A stretch of 63,636 nt of DNA, filler included, from Octopus bimaculoides (Eukaryota), in the NCBI RefSeq assembly GCF_001194135.2. It is 5 parts of 5 records of this genome, joined end to end, with 100 filler letters (N's around TTAATTAATTAA, not from the genome) between each part and the next. Parts side by side here need not be neighbours in the genome. Positions count along the whole stretch, not along the records: positions 21,960 to 40,239 come from NC_068986.1; 4 more parts are not named here. One strand, 5' to 3'. The notes under the pieces were generated by a model. It ran no database searches. It was not told the DNA's origin and saw nothing but the letters and a program-made list of their open reading frames with translations. Below, piece after piece: positions 24,598 to 36,529 of this stretch; positions within the stretch are counted from its first letter, which is position 1; each line of letters begins with the position of its first letter. The position numbers and the translations under genes are program-made.

Positions 24598-24770
24598 GGG
24601 AACGGGTAAGTCGATTACAATGACTCTAATGCTTAACTGGTACTTATATTATCGACCTCGAAGGGATCGAATGCAAAATCGACCTCGGAAAAGTTTGCAT
24701 TCAAATCAGAAAGCCAGAAAGAATTCCGGTGAGTGAAAATGCCCGATGTGCTAACTAGTTTGCCCTCTTA
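24598..24770 (-). mobile_element. SINE family A, old diverged copy
   Basis: GTCGATTACA...ACTGGTACTTAT.TTATCGAC..CGAAGGGAT..AA.GCAAA.TCGACCTCGG. Confidence 0.6.
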
Positions 24771-25097
24771 TCTTTTCAGTTAGTGATATTCTGGTATATA
24801 TGTTTATTTAACGAAACTTATTATGCACTTTTGATATTGAGTTCATATTCCTAAAATCGGAATAGATTAAAGCAATCGTTTGTATATTTTGTACCTCGTT
24901 TTTAAGGACAGGTAGAAGACATTCCAGTTTCTTTATACACCAGTAGCATGAAAGGTATATGAAGCATTATATTCGGTTACATGAGTAAAACTGACACTAC
25001 GCCGGTCAAAACATCGAGTGTTCCAATTGAGTGACCTTAACGTAGTTCTGCGGTACCTGTATTTCTCTGAAATACAAATGCAACTCATTTTTGCTAT

Positions 25098-25215
25098 CTT
25101 GCTGGACTGGGGCAACGTGAATTAAAGTGTCTTGCTCAAGAACACAACATACTGCCAAGAATCGAACTCACGGCCGTAAGACGAATACCGTAACCACTAA
25201 GCGAAGCGCCTTCAC
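25098..25215 (-). mobile_element. SINE family C head
   Basis: GGCAACGTG...GTGTCTTGCTCAAGAACACAAC...GAATCGAACTC...AACCACTAAGC; homologous to 17755-17892. Confidence 0.7.
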
Positions 25216-25499
25216 ACGTTATAAAAGTTATCATTTACTGAACCTGCTCAACACCTTAATATGTCCTCAATAATGCGTGAACAAAATGCTTAAGATTAAA
25301 CCACGCTCAATAATGTTACTAACTATTGTTCATATATATGCATTGTTTACGATTTTTGGGAGGGTGGAGGACATGATGACAAAACTAAATGCTACTTTGA
25401 GTTTAGTTTAATGTAACACCAGAGAATAGAGGTGTCACTTATATCATTTATGGAAGTAATGTGAGTGTACTTTTGTGTTTACTTGGGGAGGCGTGTTAT

Positions 25500-26320
25500 C
25501 ATGTAGGAAAGATATGAGAGATTTCAGCATCTTCTGCTCGATTGATTTGGCAGGACAAAGGCTTCGGCTCGGTGGATGCCACGTCTACTCACACCTGATC
25601 AAAGACACACCAAGTTGATATCATCACAGGAAAATCTGATAATATTAGAGGTACATTCAACTGGTTTCTTTCAACGTTTCATAATCCTAACCCAGGAGTT
25701 GTATTTGGTTCAGCACTTCGAGAGTCAATGTGACAATGCATGAGGCAGTAATAAAAAAATTTATTTTGTGGAAACATCCCTCATTACCTACTCCAAAGAA
25801 TGACATCTTTTCATCTGCAGGGGAAGAGACATCTTAATTTTGGGGGATGCAAATATCCAGAGGTTTATTGATTATCATCAAAAAGGACAAACCATTTATG
25901 GAGAGAACTAGCCCAATCTGTTGAGGTGGTTTCGAAGGGCTATCAAAAACGAACCCCAAGGAAAATTGAAGAAAGTGGTCATGATTCATCAGGACTGCTA
26001 TGAATATGGCATTGAAACGGTTGATCATCCTCTCTTATCTCCTGATTTCGCCCTGTCTGCCTTTCACCTCTTCTCCAACATGAATAAACGCATGACTGTG
26101 ACCATGTCGCAGTGTCGATGATATCACGTATACTGTTGATGAGTTTGTGACCAAAAGGATAAAAGCTTTTTTCACCAATGGGATCCAATGATTGCAGCAT
26201 GGATGGAATAAGTGTGTATTTACGGCAAAGGGAAATATGCTGAAAAATCAACTTTATTTGGTCACATTCCATGAGAACATCTTACTCATCCATTGAACTT
26301 TTCAGCCGTACCTCGTGCTT
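25500..26320 (+). mobile_element. Degraded mariner transposase with 3' TIR
   Basis: ASARWMPRLLTPDQ (WVPHEL motif), WKHPS.PTPK, IDYHQKGQTI, HQD, DHPLLSPDFALSAFHLFSNM, FFTNGIQ*LQHGWNKCV. TIR-like GAACTTTTCAGCCGTACCTCGT at ~26296-26317. Confidence 0.8.
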
Positions 26321-26354
26321 GAATCAAATAATGATAAATACAGATATAAATATT

Positions 26355-26505
26355 TCATTATTTACATTATTTACATTTGACGGATATTTGTCCTCATCTT
26401 GTTTGTTGTTAACACAATCTTTCGGCTGATATACCCTCAGCCTTCATCAGGTGTCTTGGGGAAATTTCAAACCTGGTTTCTCATTGCTAAGGTAATTTTC
26501 GATGA

Positions 26506-26603
<98 letters not shown>

Positions 26604-26685
26604 TTATTATTATTCAGGTCACTGCCTGGAATCGAACTCGGAATCGAGGGGTTAAGAGTTACTGAACAAGGCCTATCGCATTCAA
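26355..26685 (-). mobile_element. tRNA-headed SINE (family D) with internal (AGT/AAT)n and an embedded hammerhead motif
   Basis: B box GAGTTCGATTCC (26639-26628), then microsatellite, then hammerhead (26456-26411), then a short tail ending in (TGTAAATAA)2. A box is degenerate. Confidence 0.7.
26411..26456 (-). ncRNA. Minimal type I hammerhead-ribozyme-like motif
   Basis: AGACAC CUGAUGA A GGCUGA GGGUAUA UCAGCC GAAA G AUU GUGUU. Intact CUGAUGA/GAAA core, perfect 6-bp stem II, 5-bp stem I (GACAC/GUGUU), NUH = AUU. Stem III is imperfect in this copy. Confidence 0.7.
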
Positions 26686-27025
26686 AACAAAGCAAGTATA
26701 AAACGCAATGAAGGGAGGAAGTAAAAATTTTCTTTGTCAACTTACACAAATGTGTTTCATTTACTCTCAGGTGACCATTAATCCACTCGCATATTCTCCT
26801 GGCACACGTATCGAACATCTTTTCCACCCATTCTTCTCCGTTATTGCGGCATCTTCTCTCGACGATACATCCCATGCACTCTAAAGAAGAATACATACAT
26901 TATAATAATATCCATTAAACAATATTAGATATTTTACAAGGCAGATTTATTATAAATTAGGGTAAGTAAAGATGATTCCAATAATATCCATCTGAGATCA
27001 TAACTTTTACTTCCTTCGAATTTGT

Positions 27026-27292
27026 ATATGAAACTCAGTCGGATCGTTTACCTCTTTTCTCGGTCCTGTCTCCATAAAACAAATACGTGTGAGAAATATA
27101 TTGAAACCAATTTAATGGACAGGTACGTACTTCTACAAAGGTTTCTCCTAATTACAAGCGTGGTTTGGGCAAACCAAAAGGTTTTGGTGTGAAATGATAA
27201 ATCGCATAAATATAGGAAACACCGGATTTCAGGTTTCGGTGTAGGCGTTTTTTTGCTGGCCACAAGTCATGAACGCTTAAAAAAATGAAGCT

Positions 27293-27378
<86 letters not shown>

Positions 27379-27677
27379 NNNNNNNNNNNNNNNNNNNNNN
27401 NNNNNNNNGTATATGAAACTCAGTCGGATCGTTTACCTCTTTTCTCGGTCCTGTCTCCATAAAACAAATACGTGTGAGAAATATATTGAAACCAATTTAA
27501 TGGACAGGTACGTACTTCTACAAAGGTTTCTCCTAATTACAAGCGTGGTTTGGGCAAACCAAAAGGTTTTGGTGTGAAATGATAAATCGCATAAATATAG
27601 GAAACACCGGATTTCAGGTTTCGGTGTAGGCGTTTTTTTGCTGGCCACAAGTCATGAACGCTTAAAAAAATGAAGCT

Positions 27678-27776
<99 letters not shown>
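27026..27776 (+). repeat. Near-identical ~350-bp direct duplication on either side of a 30-N gap
   Basis: 27026-27378 equals 27409-27760 except for microsatellite unit counts (about 12 vs 11 AAC). Confidence 0.9.
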
Positions 27777-28326
27777 TGCAGTACCAGGCAGTTGTTCTCA
27801 TGGCTTCTGATCTTAATTGATTGGAAATGTTATCATGTACATTGTTTTGTCTTGATATAAAAAGATGGGCTACAGCAATTATTCTGCTCAATACCACAGA
27901 TTTGGTTGTCAGTTGCTTGACCTTAACGAGTTGAGCATGTCCCTTGGTGGGTGACGATATATGCATCTCTGATCACGAGCAGAAGTAGTGGGGGAACATC
28001 ATAGCCATGTGTTGAGATGAATTCTTTGGGGGTTGAATAATCCCCCTTCGGAAACATGGGTGTTCTGCTCAACATCATTAAACAAACCTTATTCAGGGAC
28101 CTTTTGAGCGGGATGGTCTACTCGACCTGAAGAAAATTCTAACTAGGCCCCACCTGCGAGGTCATGCGCTGTTTATCTTGGTATGAGATTATCATGTTGC
28201 ACACATATGGTTGTGATGCATGTGCCTAGTGTACCCTTATCAGACGGGTAGTCATGATGGGTATAATGGGCTTTGTATATTTTACCCCAGTGTCACTTTG
28301 ATGGCATGCACTGCTCTCTCACTCAA
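27777..28326. mobile_element. ~550-bp interspersed repeat of unknown class, copy 1
   Basis: Highly similar to 58501-58995; both copies end in GCACTGCTCTCTCACTC followed by (AAT)n. Confidence 0.8.
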
Positions 28327-28331
28327 TAATG

Positions 28332-28409
<78 letters not shown>

Positions 28410-28604
28410 GTCTCTTGAGGTCTCTGGGTGAGACTTTGATCCAACTTGTACAAATGCAAAACAAAAGTCAAACATAAAATAATAATAATAATAATAATAA
28501 TAACAATGATAATTATTATTATTATTATTATTATTATTGTTGTTGTTGTTGTTTTTGTTGTTGTTATTGTTGTTATTGTTGCATAAATACATGCATACAT
28601 ACAC

Positions 28605-30120
28605 CAACACCAGGAGACCTAAAACTACGGTCCATTATTGCTAAGTTTGCCTCATGGACATTCTTCTGAAACGATTTCTAAAATATTTCAAAAGTTATAT
28701 TAGAGATGACTTAGATATATTAAATCACCCACCAAAAAAGGCCAAGGAACAAACGCGCATGATTTCATTTGATGTGATAAACATATATACTAATATACCC
28801 CATAATTATGGAATAGAAGAGATCCGGTTCTGAGTGGACAAATATCCAGAAGAAATACCACAACGGATCAACAAAGATTTCATAATCGAATCACTAAAAT
28901 TCATCCTTCAAAACAACCATTTGATGTTTGACACCACTGTTGATCGCCGAACATCCGGAATGGCCACGGGAACTAGAGCAGCCCCGACCATTGCCAACCT
29001 AGCAAAGGGTTATGTAGAAATAACCATATATCTGGTGTCGTTTTCAAATTTTGGAAACCCTCCCTCTCAATGCATAAAAGAAAATTAGAAAAGATTATTG
29101 GACGACTGCCTCATCTTCTGGTATGAAAACATAGACAAACGTCTGGATTTCAAAAGACTCCTTAATAGCATTAACACCAAAATGCAATTTACAATGGGAC
29201 ACAAGTGAGAGGAACTCCCATTCCTAGACATACTGGTTAAAAAAATTAACAAAAAATATAAACGAACATATTTTACACACCACAGACTCTAAAGAATTCC
29301 TATTATTTAGCTCATGTGAGCCAAGATATAGCAAAACAAATATCGTCTGCAACGTTTTCAAAACTTCCAGAGAACCAAGATTGCAAGAGCTTAAATACAT
29401 ACTCAAGGACAGACACCAACCAATTCATATCATAAAGGAAGGCATTAAACATGCAAAATCGATTGACATTAAAATATTTTGAAAAGTCGAGCACAAGAAA
29501 ACACCTACTCTGAAAACACTCTCTTATGTTTCCACATAAAACCCTAGAAACAAAGAAGCATTTTACATCATTGTCCAAAATCTCCCAGTACTCCATAAGG
29601 ACCCAAAACTGAAAGAAATTCTACGTACACATAAAATTATTAAACGCAGTAAACAACCAAAAACATTAAAGAAGACGCTAACAAATGCTAAATCATTCTC
29701 AGGAATAACGGACGCAAGAGTGAAAACGAAATGTAGTTGTTCTAGCTGCGGAAAATGTCCCAATCTTTTGGAAAGTTCAGAATTCCATTTTAGGACAAGG
29801 GCAAAAATTCAAAAGTAAATCCAACTTCACTTGTGCCTCTGGAATCTTCATTTATGTAATCAGATGCTCGGCTGTGACAAAAACTGTATAGAGTCGACAG
29901 GAATGTCTCTCAGACGGAGATGTCCAGTCCATAGCCAACAGATATCTTCCCCACAATATCGCCAGATATATGTCAATGAACACATTGAGAGATGTACAGA
30001 ACAACTGCCAGCACAGTTCCTAATCTTCCTATACCAATTTGCTATTTGAACCTAAATACAGGTACGATTAAATAAGGAGGCATCTTTTTTCGAAAAATAT
30101 ATTCTACAATTAAATATAAA
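28605..30120 (+). mobile_element. Penelope-like retroelement, RT plus GIY-YIG endonuclease, 5'-truncated and pseudogenised
   Basis: LKLRSIIA, SFDVINIYTNIPHNYG (28765), GMATGTRAAPTIANL, RLLDDCLIFW, LPFLDILV, TDSKEFLLFSSC, CSCSSCGKC, IYVIRC (29850)...IESTGMSLRRR..VH.QQI...YRQI.VNEHI. Several stops and frameshifts. Confidence 0.92.
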
Positions 30121-30992
30121 TTTATATTGAAAATTAAAGACTTACCCAATCTATTGCAGCCAATATTAAAAATTATAGATTTACCACCCCTTTACTGAAA
30201 AATACCTTGATTACCAATTATCACCCTAGCAAACAAAATCCATAATACAGAATTGCATCCAAATCTCAAAATTTGAAATGAATAGCAAAACCGATTTTTA
30301 TGCTGGAAGAAAAAATCTTATTTTTTATTATATTGTATAATACGTTCGCTATGATGATTCTAATAGATTCTTTAGTTTTGTAAACAAATGTGTTTTTCGC
30401 CTTATTTCTTTCCTTATATATTTAACCACGTGTAATCATCCACCATACTNNNNNNNNNNNNNNNNNNNNNNNNNNNNNNNNNTATATATATGTATGTATG
30501 TATGTATGTATATATATATAATTAAGATTTGGTTGAATTAGGAACTTAAATTGAAGCACCTTGTTAGGTCAGTATCCGCTCAGTCAAATAATATTAATTG
30601 AATATTCAATATCAAATCTCTGTAGCGGAGTGTTTGCACCACGCAGTTTTGCCGTATTTCTTCTGCCACTCTCTTAATCATAGTACACCTGACAAGATAT
30701 GCAATACGTTCTAAACTCTTTCTGCCAGAGATATGACGACAAGCAATGCAAACATTTTGAGTTTCATTATTCATGTGAATATGTTAAAGCATTGGTGTTT
30801 GAAGTTTATGTTCGAAGTCTATGCGGTCATCTGACAACAACGGCTTCTTTCCAATGATGTTCTGTTTTCCTTAATCAAATAAAATAGTTGCATGAAACAG
30901 CCGTAGCGAACTAACACACGTAAATTTTCCTTATTCATTCATATATATGTGCGTGTCTGTGTGTCTATGTAAATGTATGTGTGTGTCTGTTT

Positions 30993-31125
30993 GTTTATGT
31001 GAATGTGTGCGTGTGTCTGATACAGTGTGTGTCTGTGTGTCTATGTGAATGTATGTGTGTGTATGTCTGTTTATGTGAATGTGTGCGTGTGTCTGATACA
31101 GTGTGTGTCTGTGTGTCTATGTGAG
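30993..31125 (+). repeat. 76-bp-period minisatellite built from degenerate (GT)n, ~1.7 units
   Basis: GTTTATGTGAATGTGTGCGTGTGTCTGATACAGTG... starts at 30993 and again at 31069. Confidence 0.8.
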
Positions 31126-31839
31126 TGTGTGTGTATTCATACATGTATACATCTGTGTAAAAATATTGTCAATTGCTGACAATGGAAACCAATTACCGGC
31201 AATTGTAACGCAATCAAAACACAAAAAGTCTGATTGATAGAATAGATGAAAAGATTTGGTGCACAGGAAACGTATTTTCATATATGACTGGCAACTTACC
31301 GCGTTTAGGTACTGCGATAACATGTGTTAATGCAGCCAAAATCAGCAAACAAATAAGAAGTAATCGTGTCATAAAGATCTGGAAGTACAAATGTAATTTG
31401 AGGTGATTAAACTGGTAACTGTTTTCTATTTCAAGGAAAAAGAGGAACAACGCATGTAGATATGCGAGTGTGCGTATGCCATATGTAGATATATGTGTTT
31501 GTGTGTGTGTGTGTGTGTATGTATCTATGTGTATATTTGCGTGTGTATACGTTTACCTGCGGATATATGCGTGTGTGTATATACACACACAAACATACGC
31601 ACAGATACACACACACACATACACACACATATCTACGTATGTCTCTCTCTTCCATATTTAATATTTTTATTTCTTCTGGTATTTATCTATGTATATATGC
31701 ATGCAGTTATATATATATATATGTATATTTCACCCCGTGTGCTAACGATTCTGCCAACTGACCAATAATTATTTCAGATTTTGACACAAGGCCAACAAGT
31801 TCTCCGGCGGAAAGGAGTCGAGAGCAAGTTGAAGGAAAG

Positions 31840-31990
31840 TGTTTGCCCAGAACCATGAAAAATTTCGTGGAGATATTAGTTTTACCATTGAGTCCGAGAG
31901 GAGGATTAAACCAGGCTGAAATTCTCTTATGTAATCGTCTAAATCCTTTATAATTGCTAGTGCCGATCCCAGCAGGTTTAAAAGTAAGTC
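31840..31990 (-). mobile_element. Penelope-like element fragment
   Basis: KRISAWFNPPLGLNGKTNISTKFFMVLGKHFP matches the PLE motif RKIIWFNPPxSxNVKTNIGKxFLxLxxKHFP. Confidence 0.55.
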
Positions 31991-33128
31991 GACCGAAACT
32001 AATTTTGCTAACTCGATTAGACATATCACATTCATATTTCCAGTCTTAGTGCGAACTATAGTATTAAAATACTTCTTCCTATACGATTGTATAGTACTGT
32101 CCTTATAATAGCATTCATCCCCCTTATTGTCCTTCTCGTTTATGCTATTTTCTTTTCTAATCTGGTTAATATTGTTAACGCGGAACCTGATTTTGTGTAA
32201 TTATTGCTATTTCAACTACAATTATATTTAATAGTAGTATTTTCCTTACCACACATTATATTTATTGCGCTAAAAGTAATATTGTTTTCTTAATACATTT
32301 GCATGTGTTGTCATTTATATTGAATTTTATTTATGCTGCTACCTTTTAACACAATTTACGTTATTCTCAGGACACAAGGATTTCATGTATTCCTTCTTAA
32401 TTTGAGCCGAGTGCACATCAGACATTGTGCTATTGTAATTTAGTAATACTCTGTTATATACAAAATATAATTAATAAGGATGTATTTTCGAGAATCACAA
32501 AAGGAAGTTAGTAAACATGCTTATTTCGCATTTAGTGTTCATGCGTATTTGAAAACACAAATGAGCTAAAACACATAATATTTATATGATTACGAAGAGA
32601 TTACAATGTGTAGTAGTCGTATGTTTTGGGAGTAAATTTGTTTCACAGCATCACAACTTTTCATAGCATTACATTAAATTATAAACAATGTTATTATTTT
32701 GACTCCATTCTTAAAATCTACTTTCTTCGATTCACATTGAAATTTCAAGCTTGTTTCAGTCTATATTTTCAAGCTTCTAGTGTGACAATTTTTAAATTAT
32801 TAAGAGAATCTCAATTTTGAGTTCAAACGCTTTGTCGCATAACTTGTACCGTAAAAATGTAAAAAATTTTTAAAAGAAAAATTTTGTAAAATAGACCCCT
32901 CGTGAGTTTTAATCGATTGTTTCTTTTTTGCTTTTTTACAGTACTCTGCATTGGCTTTGTGTATATTTTTTGGAATATTGATAATACCAAATTGTACAAA
33001 GCTTTTTGAGAATTTTACCAAACAATTCGATGATCATTGCTGACTTAAGGTATGAGATAGTCGTGTGCACTTGACTTGAAGTTTTTTTTTTTGATTCGTG
33101 TCAAAGTGATACTTTTCATAAATTACAT

Positions 33129-35747
33129 ATGACGTTAGTTAAAAGAAAACTCACTGTACACAAAATACAAATCAAATACCAAGCCATTCTCGATATTCAA
33201 AAAAGTGAATAAAAAAAAATAGAAGTTGCCAAACAGCTTGAAATACTTCTTAGCACACTGTCTACATGGATAAAATCATCTTCTAAAATCAAAGACGCCT
33301 ACCAAAATAGTGGTTTGTAACACAAGAGAATTCATTTCTGCAAATATTCAGACGTTGAAGGAGCACCACTTTTGTGGTTTCAGACTGCCCGAATTCAGAA
33401 TATCCCAGTATTTTGGCCTATTTTGCAAGCATAATCGCTCAAACTGGCGAAGAATCTTCAACACACAAATTTCAACTGTAGTGAAAGATGCCTAAGTCGC
33501 TTCAAATAACGCTATAACATAACTTTTAAAACTATTAATGAGGAAGCTAACAGCGTCGAAGTCAAACGAGTGGATACATAATACACCATTACACTACCAA
33601 GTATTCGCCTGATGACATCTACAACACCGACCAATCTGGACTTCACAAATTGCTAACATCCAAATCACTACACGTAAAGGAGGACAATGTAACGGTGGAA
33701 AACTCTCAAAAAGACTGAATCACTGTCATACTATGCATTAACATGTTTGCCATCCACAAACTTGCATTGTTAGTGATTGGAAAATCATTCAATCCCAGGA
33801 GCTTCAAAGGCGTCAAAACGCTAATCACAGAAAACATTGGAAACAAAAAAGTTTGGATGACTACAACTACAACAATTTTCCCCGACTGGCTGCAGAAGTT
33901 GACCAAACCATCAGACTTCAAAAACGAAAAATTCCCCTAGTATTGGACGTCCTGTCACACTCACACATAAATCCGCTCATAATTTAATAGAATTGGAATG
34001 GGATACTTAAACTATAGTGCCTATAATAACATAAAAATTAAAATCCTTTTGAACGAGGTTTATTGAAGAAAAGATTTTAAGCAAAACATGAAGCATGATA
34101 TAATGATTTTTCTTGCGGTTATTGTTAAGAATTACCATATTTTAGTTTCCTGAAATTTTCTCAAGGCAAGTAGTAGTAAGGCACCTGCTATACATGCAAC
34201 ACATTCAATAAACTGACATCATGCTGCAAGGACATGCGAACACATTTACATCACAGTAAAACTTGCACAAATATTTACAATAATACCTTTCAAAGTCAAC
34301 AAGTTACAAAAGTATTAAACTCCAAACTCTAGGTGACAACATACCTTATGCCTTACACAAACCCCGCTCTGATAAGTAACTACAAAATCTACAGCCTTCT
34401 CGCAGCACAATACAAAAATACACATTATTTGTAATGAAGTAAAGAAACATGCAGTACGTCTACAAATTTGCGATACACTAAAGCAACGAAATATGTGCAA
34501 CATTTTATAAACCACAAAATTTTTTAAATCATTGAAATATGAGACAACGAGGTGTGTCTGTATGTCATTACTTGACTTGTTAAAAGTAATAGCCAAATTT
34601 CCCTCAAACCATATTTCTTGTCTCTTTTTATGTTAGGGAAAAATAGACATGGAATGTAATCTTATATACGGGGTTTCCCAAAATGAACGCAACCGAATTT
34701 TTTAAATTTCGCAAGAGCAAAATATTATTATATTTCAGGTTTGAGCGTTGCAATGCATTAGTAAAGGAAACACAATTGTAAAACTACCACATTTATTTGA
34801 TATGACCACCTTTGTTTCGAATGACATCCTTAAGTCTAGGTGCGAATGCTTCACACGCAACACGCATCTCACTAAAATGACACTCCATCTTTTACCACCC
34901 AACACTACCTCAAGGTTTCAGCCTATGGATCAAGGGATAGTAAAGAACATCAAACCTCACTACCGACATCTACTCGTAGGCAAGCTTATATCATCATTAG
35001 ACAACAACTCAAAATTTACTACAGATACTGTGTTGGATTCTTTGCATTGGTTGTAAAGTGCCTGGTCGTATGTCACTTGAACCACAATAGCAAACTGCTT
35101 CAGACACGTTGGATTTTCCAACAACACTCTGGACACTACTGATGACATAAATAACGAAATACCACTCACAGAATTATTTCGATGAGCAAGAAAAGTAGGT
35201 GTTGACTTATCTGACTCTTTCGATGAATACGTCTCTGTCGACGATAACATCATCGCACCAAAATCGATTACTGACGGAGCCATAATAGACGCTATCATTC
35301 AAAAATACAATCCAACAGCTACAGAAACTGAGAAAACATCTGACTCGGAAGATTTAATTCAACCAACATCTACACCATATTCTGCAGTAACCTTATGCTC
35401 TAACCTGAGACAATTTATTCAAATCCACGTGAACTCTGCTGACTTGTTTGCGATTCTTACTCAGTTGAAAAATTTCATAGAAAAAGTGAAAAGGAAAAGC
35501 AACAAGCAAAGTGTCAAAGAAGATTAATTTGTATGTAGCAATTCTAAAAGATAATAGTTTTTATTTTGGAAATACTTTTTGATAATAAATGCATACTTTT
35601 GAACACGTTAATGTTCTAGCTCCTGACAAATGAACCTAATTTTTTTATCAACTCATATTGACAAAATAACTTCAAGTTGTCTTGATCTTCGCTTGTGTCG
35701 AAGTTTTTAGCCTGTCCCCTGAACTTCGACAAAACGTGATTTTATTG
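33129..35747 (+). mobile_element. Tigger/pogo DNA transposon (HTH-psq, CENP-B HTH, DDE_1), degraded and split by an ~0.9-kb insert
   Basis: MTLVKRKLT...STLSTWIK...LLWFQTAR.QNIPV..PILQ...SRFK*RYNI...YSPDDIYNTDQSGL...ITVILCINM...LLVIGKSFNPRSFKGV...NKKVWMT, then at ~34860 HLLPPNTTSRFQPMDQGIVKNIKPHYR...TTIANCFRHVG. Subterminal hairpin TGTCGAAGTT/AACTTCGACA at 35696-35731. Confidence 0.9.
34664..34830 (-). mobile_element. Tc1-like 3' end and TIR nested inside the Tigger
   Basis: TA|TACGGGGTTTCCCAAAATGAACGCAACC resembles a Tc1 TIR; GGHIK-like terminal coding on the minus strand. Confidence 0.45.
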
Positions 35748-36529
35748 TGCGTGTGTGTGTGTGTGTGTGTGTGTATGTATATATACACACACGCACACGT
35801 ACATTCATTAACACACACACAAACAGATAGATGGTTATTTATANNNNNNNNNNAATCAACATAATGCCAGATAAGTTTATATTAGACGCGTTTCCGATTT
35901 TAATGCATCATAAGAAAACTTTGACGAATAAATTCCAATTTTTAAAATCATATCTGAGTTATAATGAAAAACAATCATTTAAATATTTTATACAAATTCC
36001 ATTAAAAACTAAGATAATTTTAGAAGTTCACTTACGTATATCAAAAGGAAAAATCAGTGAAGAAATTTAAAAGAATGATGTATGCGAAAGCGATGAGTAT
36101 TTATAACTGAATGTAACACCTCCAATACAAGTAAACAGCTGGTGACAATATATCTCAGTCTCAAACATGAATTTGATAATAATGACATTTTATAAAACAC
36201 TTGCTGAGAATTAAAGATATTTTATGGCTCGTAGAGAAGTGCAAACAATGGTGTCTTCTACTGCACCTGAAGTTAAGAAAGTGAATAAATAAAGGTTTCC
36301 CCGATCGACACGACAGAATAGATCAACCCCTAGAAATATTGATCAAGGGATAGATAGATATGCACATATACAAGCTACGGCATGTTTTTCACGACACATG
36401 TTTCAAGAGGTTTAATTTTTTTTTCCCATTCAGTTTTTTAAGACCTTACATTTCAAACAAATAATATCAGACACAAGGATGTCTCAGAAATTGAAAGGAC
36501 ACGCTGTAATAGCTGCCTTAAAACCTGCA

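Noticed and set aside
27026-27776. Tandem ~350-bp duplication as a biological event
   Set aside because: The copies are identical apart from microsatellite length and straddle a short gap; probably uncollapsed alleles or a contig overlap.
28020-28080. Hammerhead-like fold in the 550-bp repeat (GGGGG...CCCCC...GAAACAUGGGUGUU)
   Set aside because: No CUGANGA core upstream in either copy.
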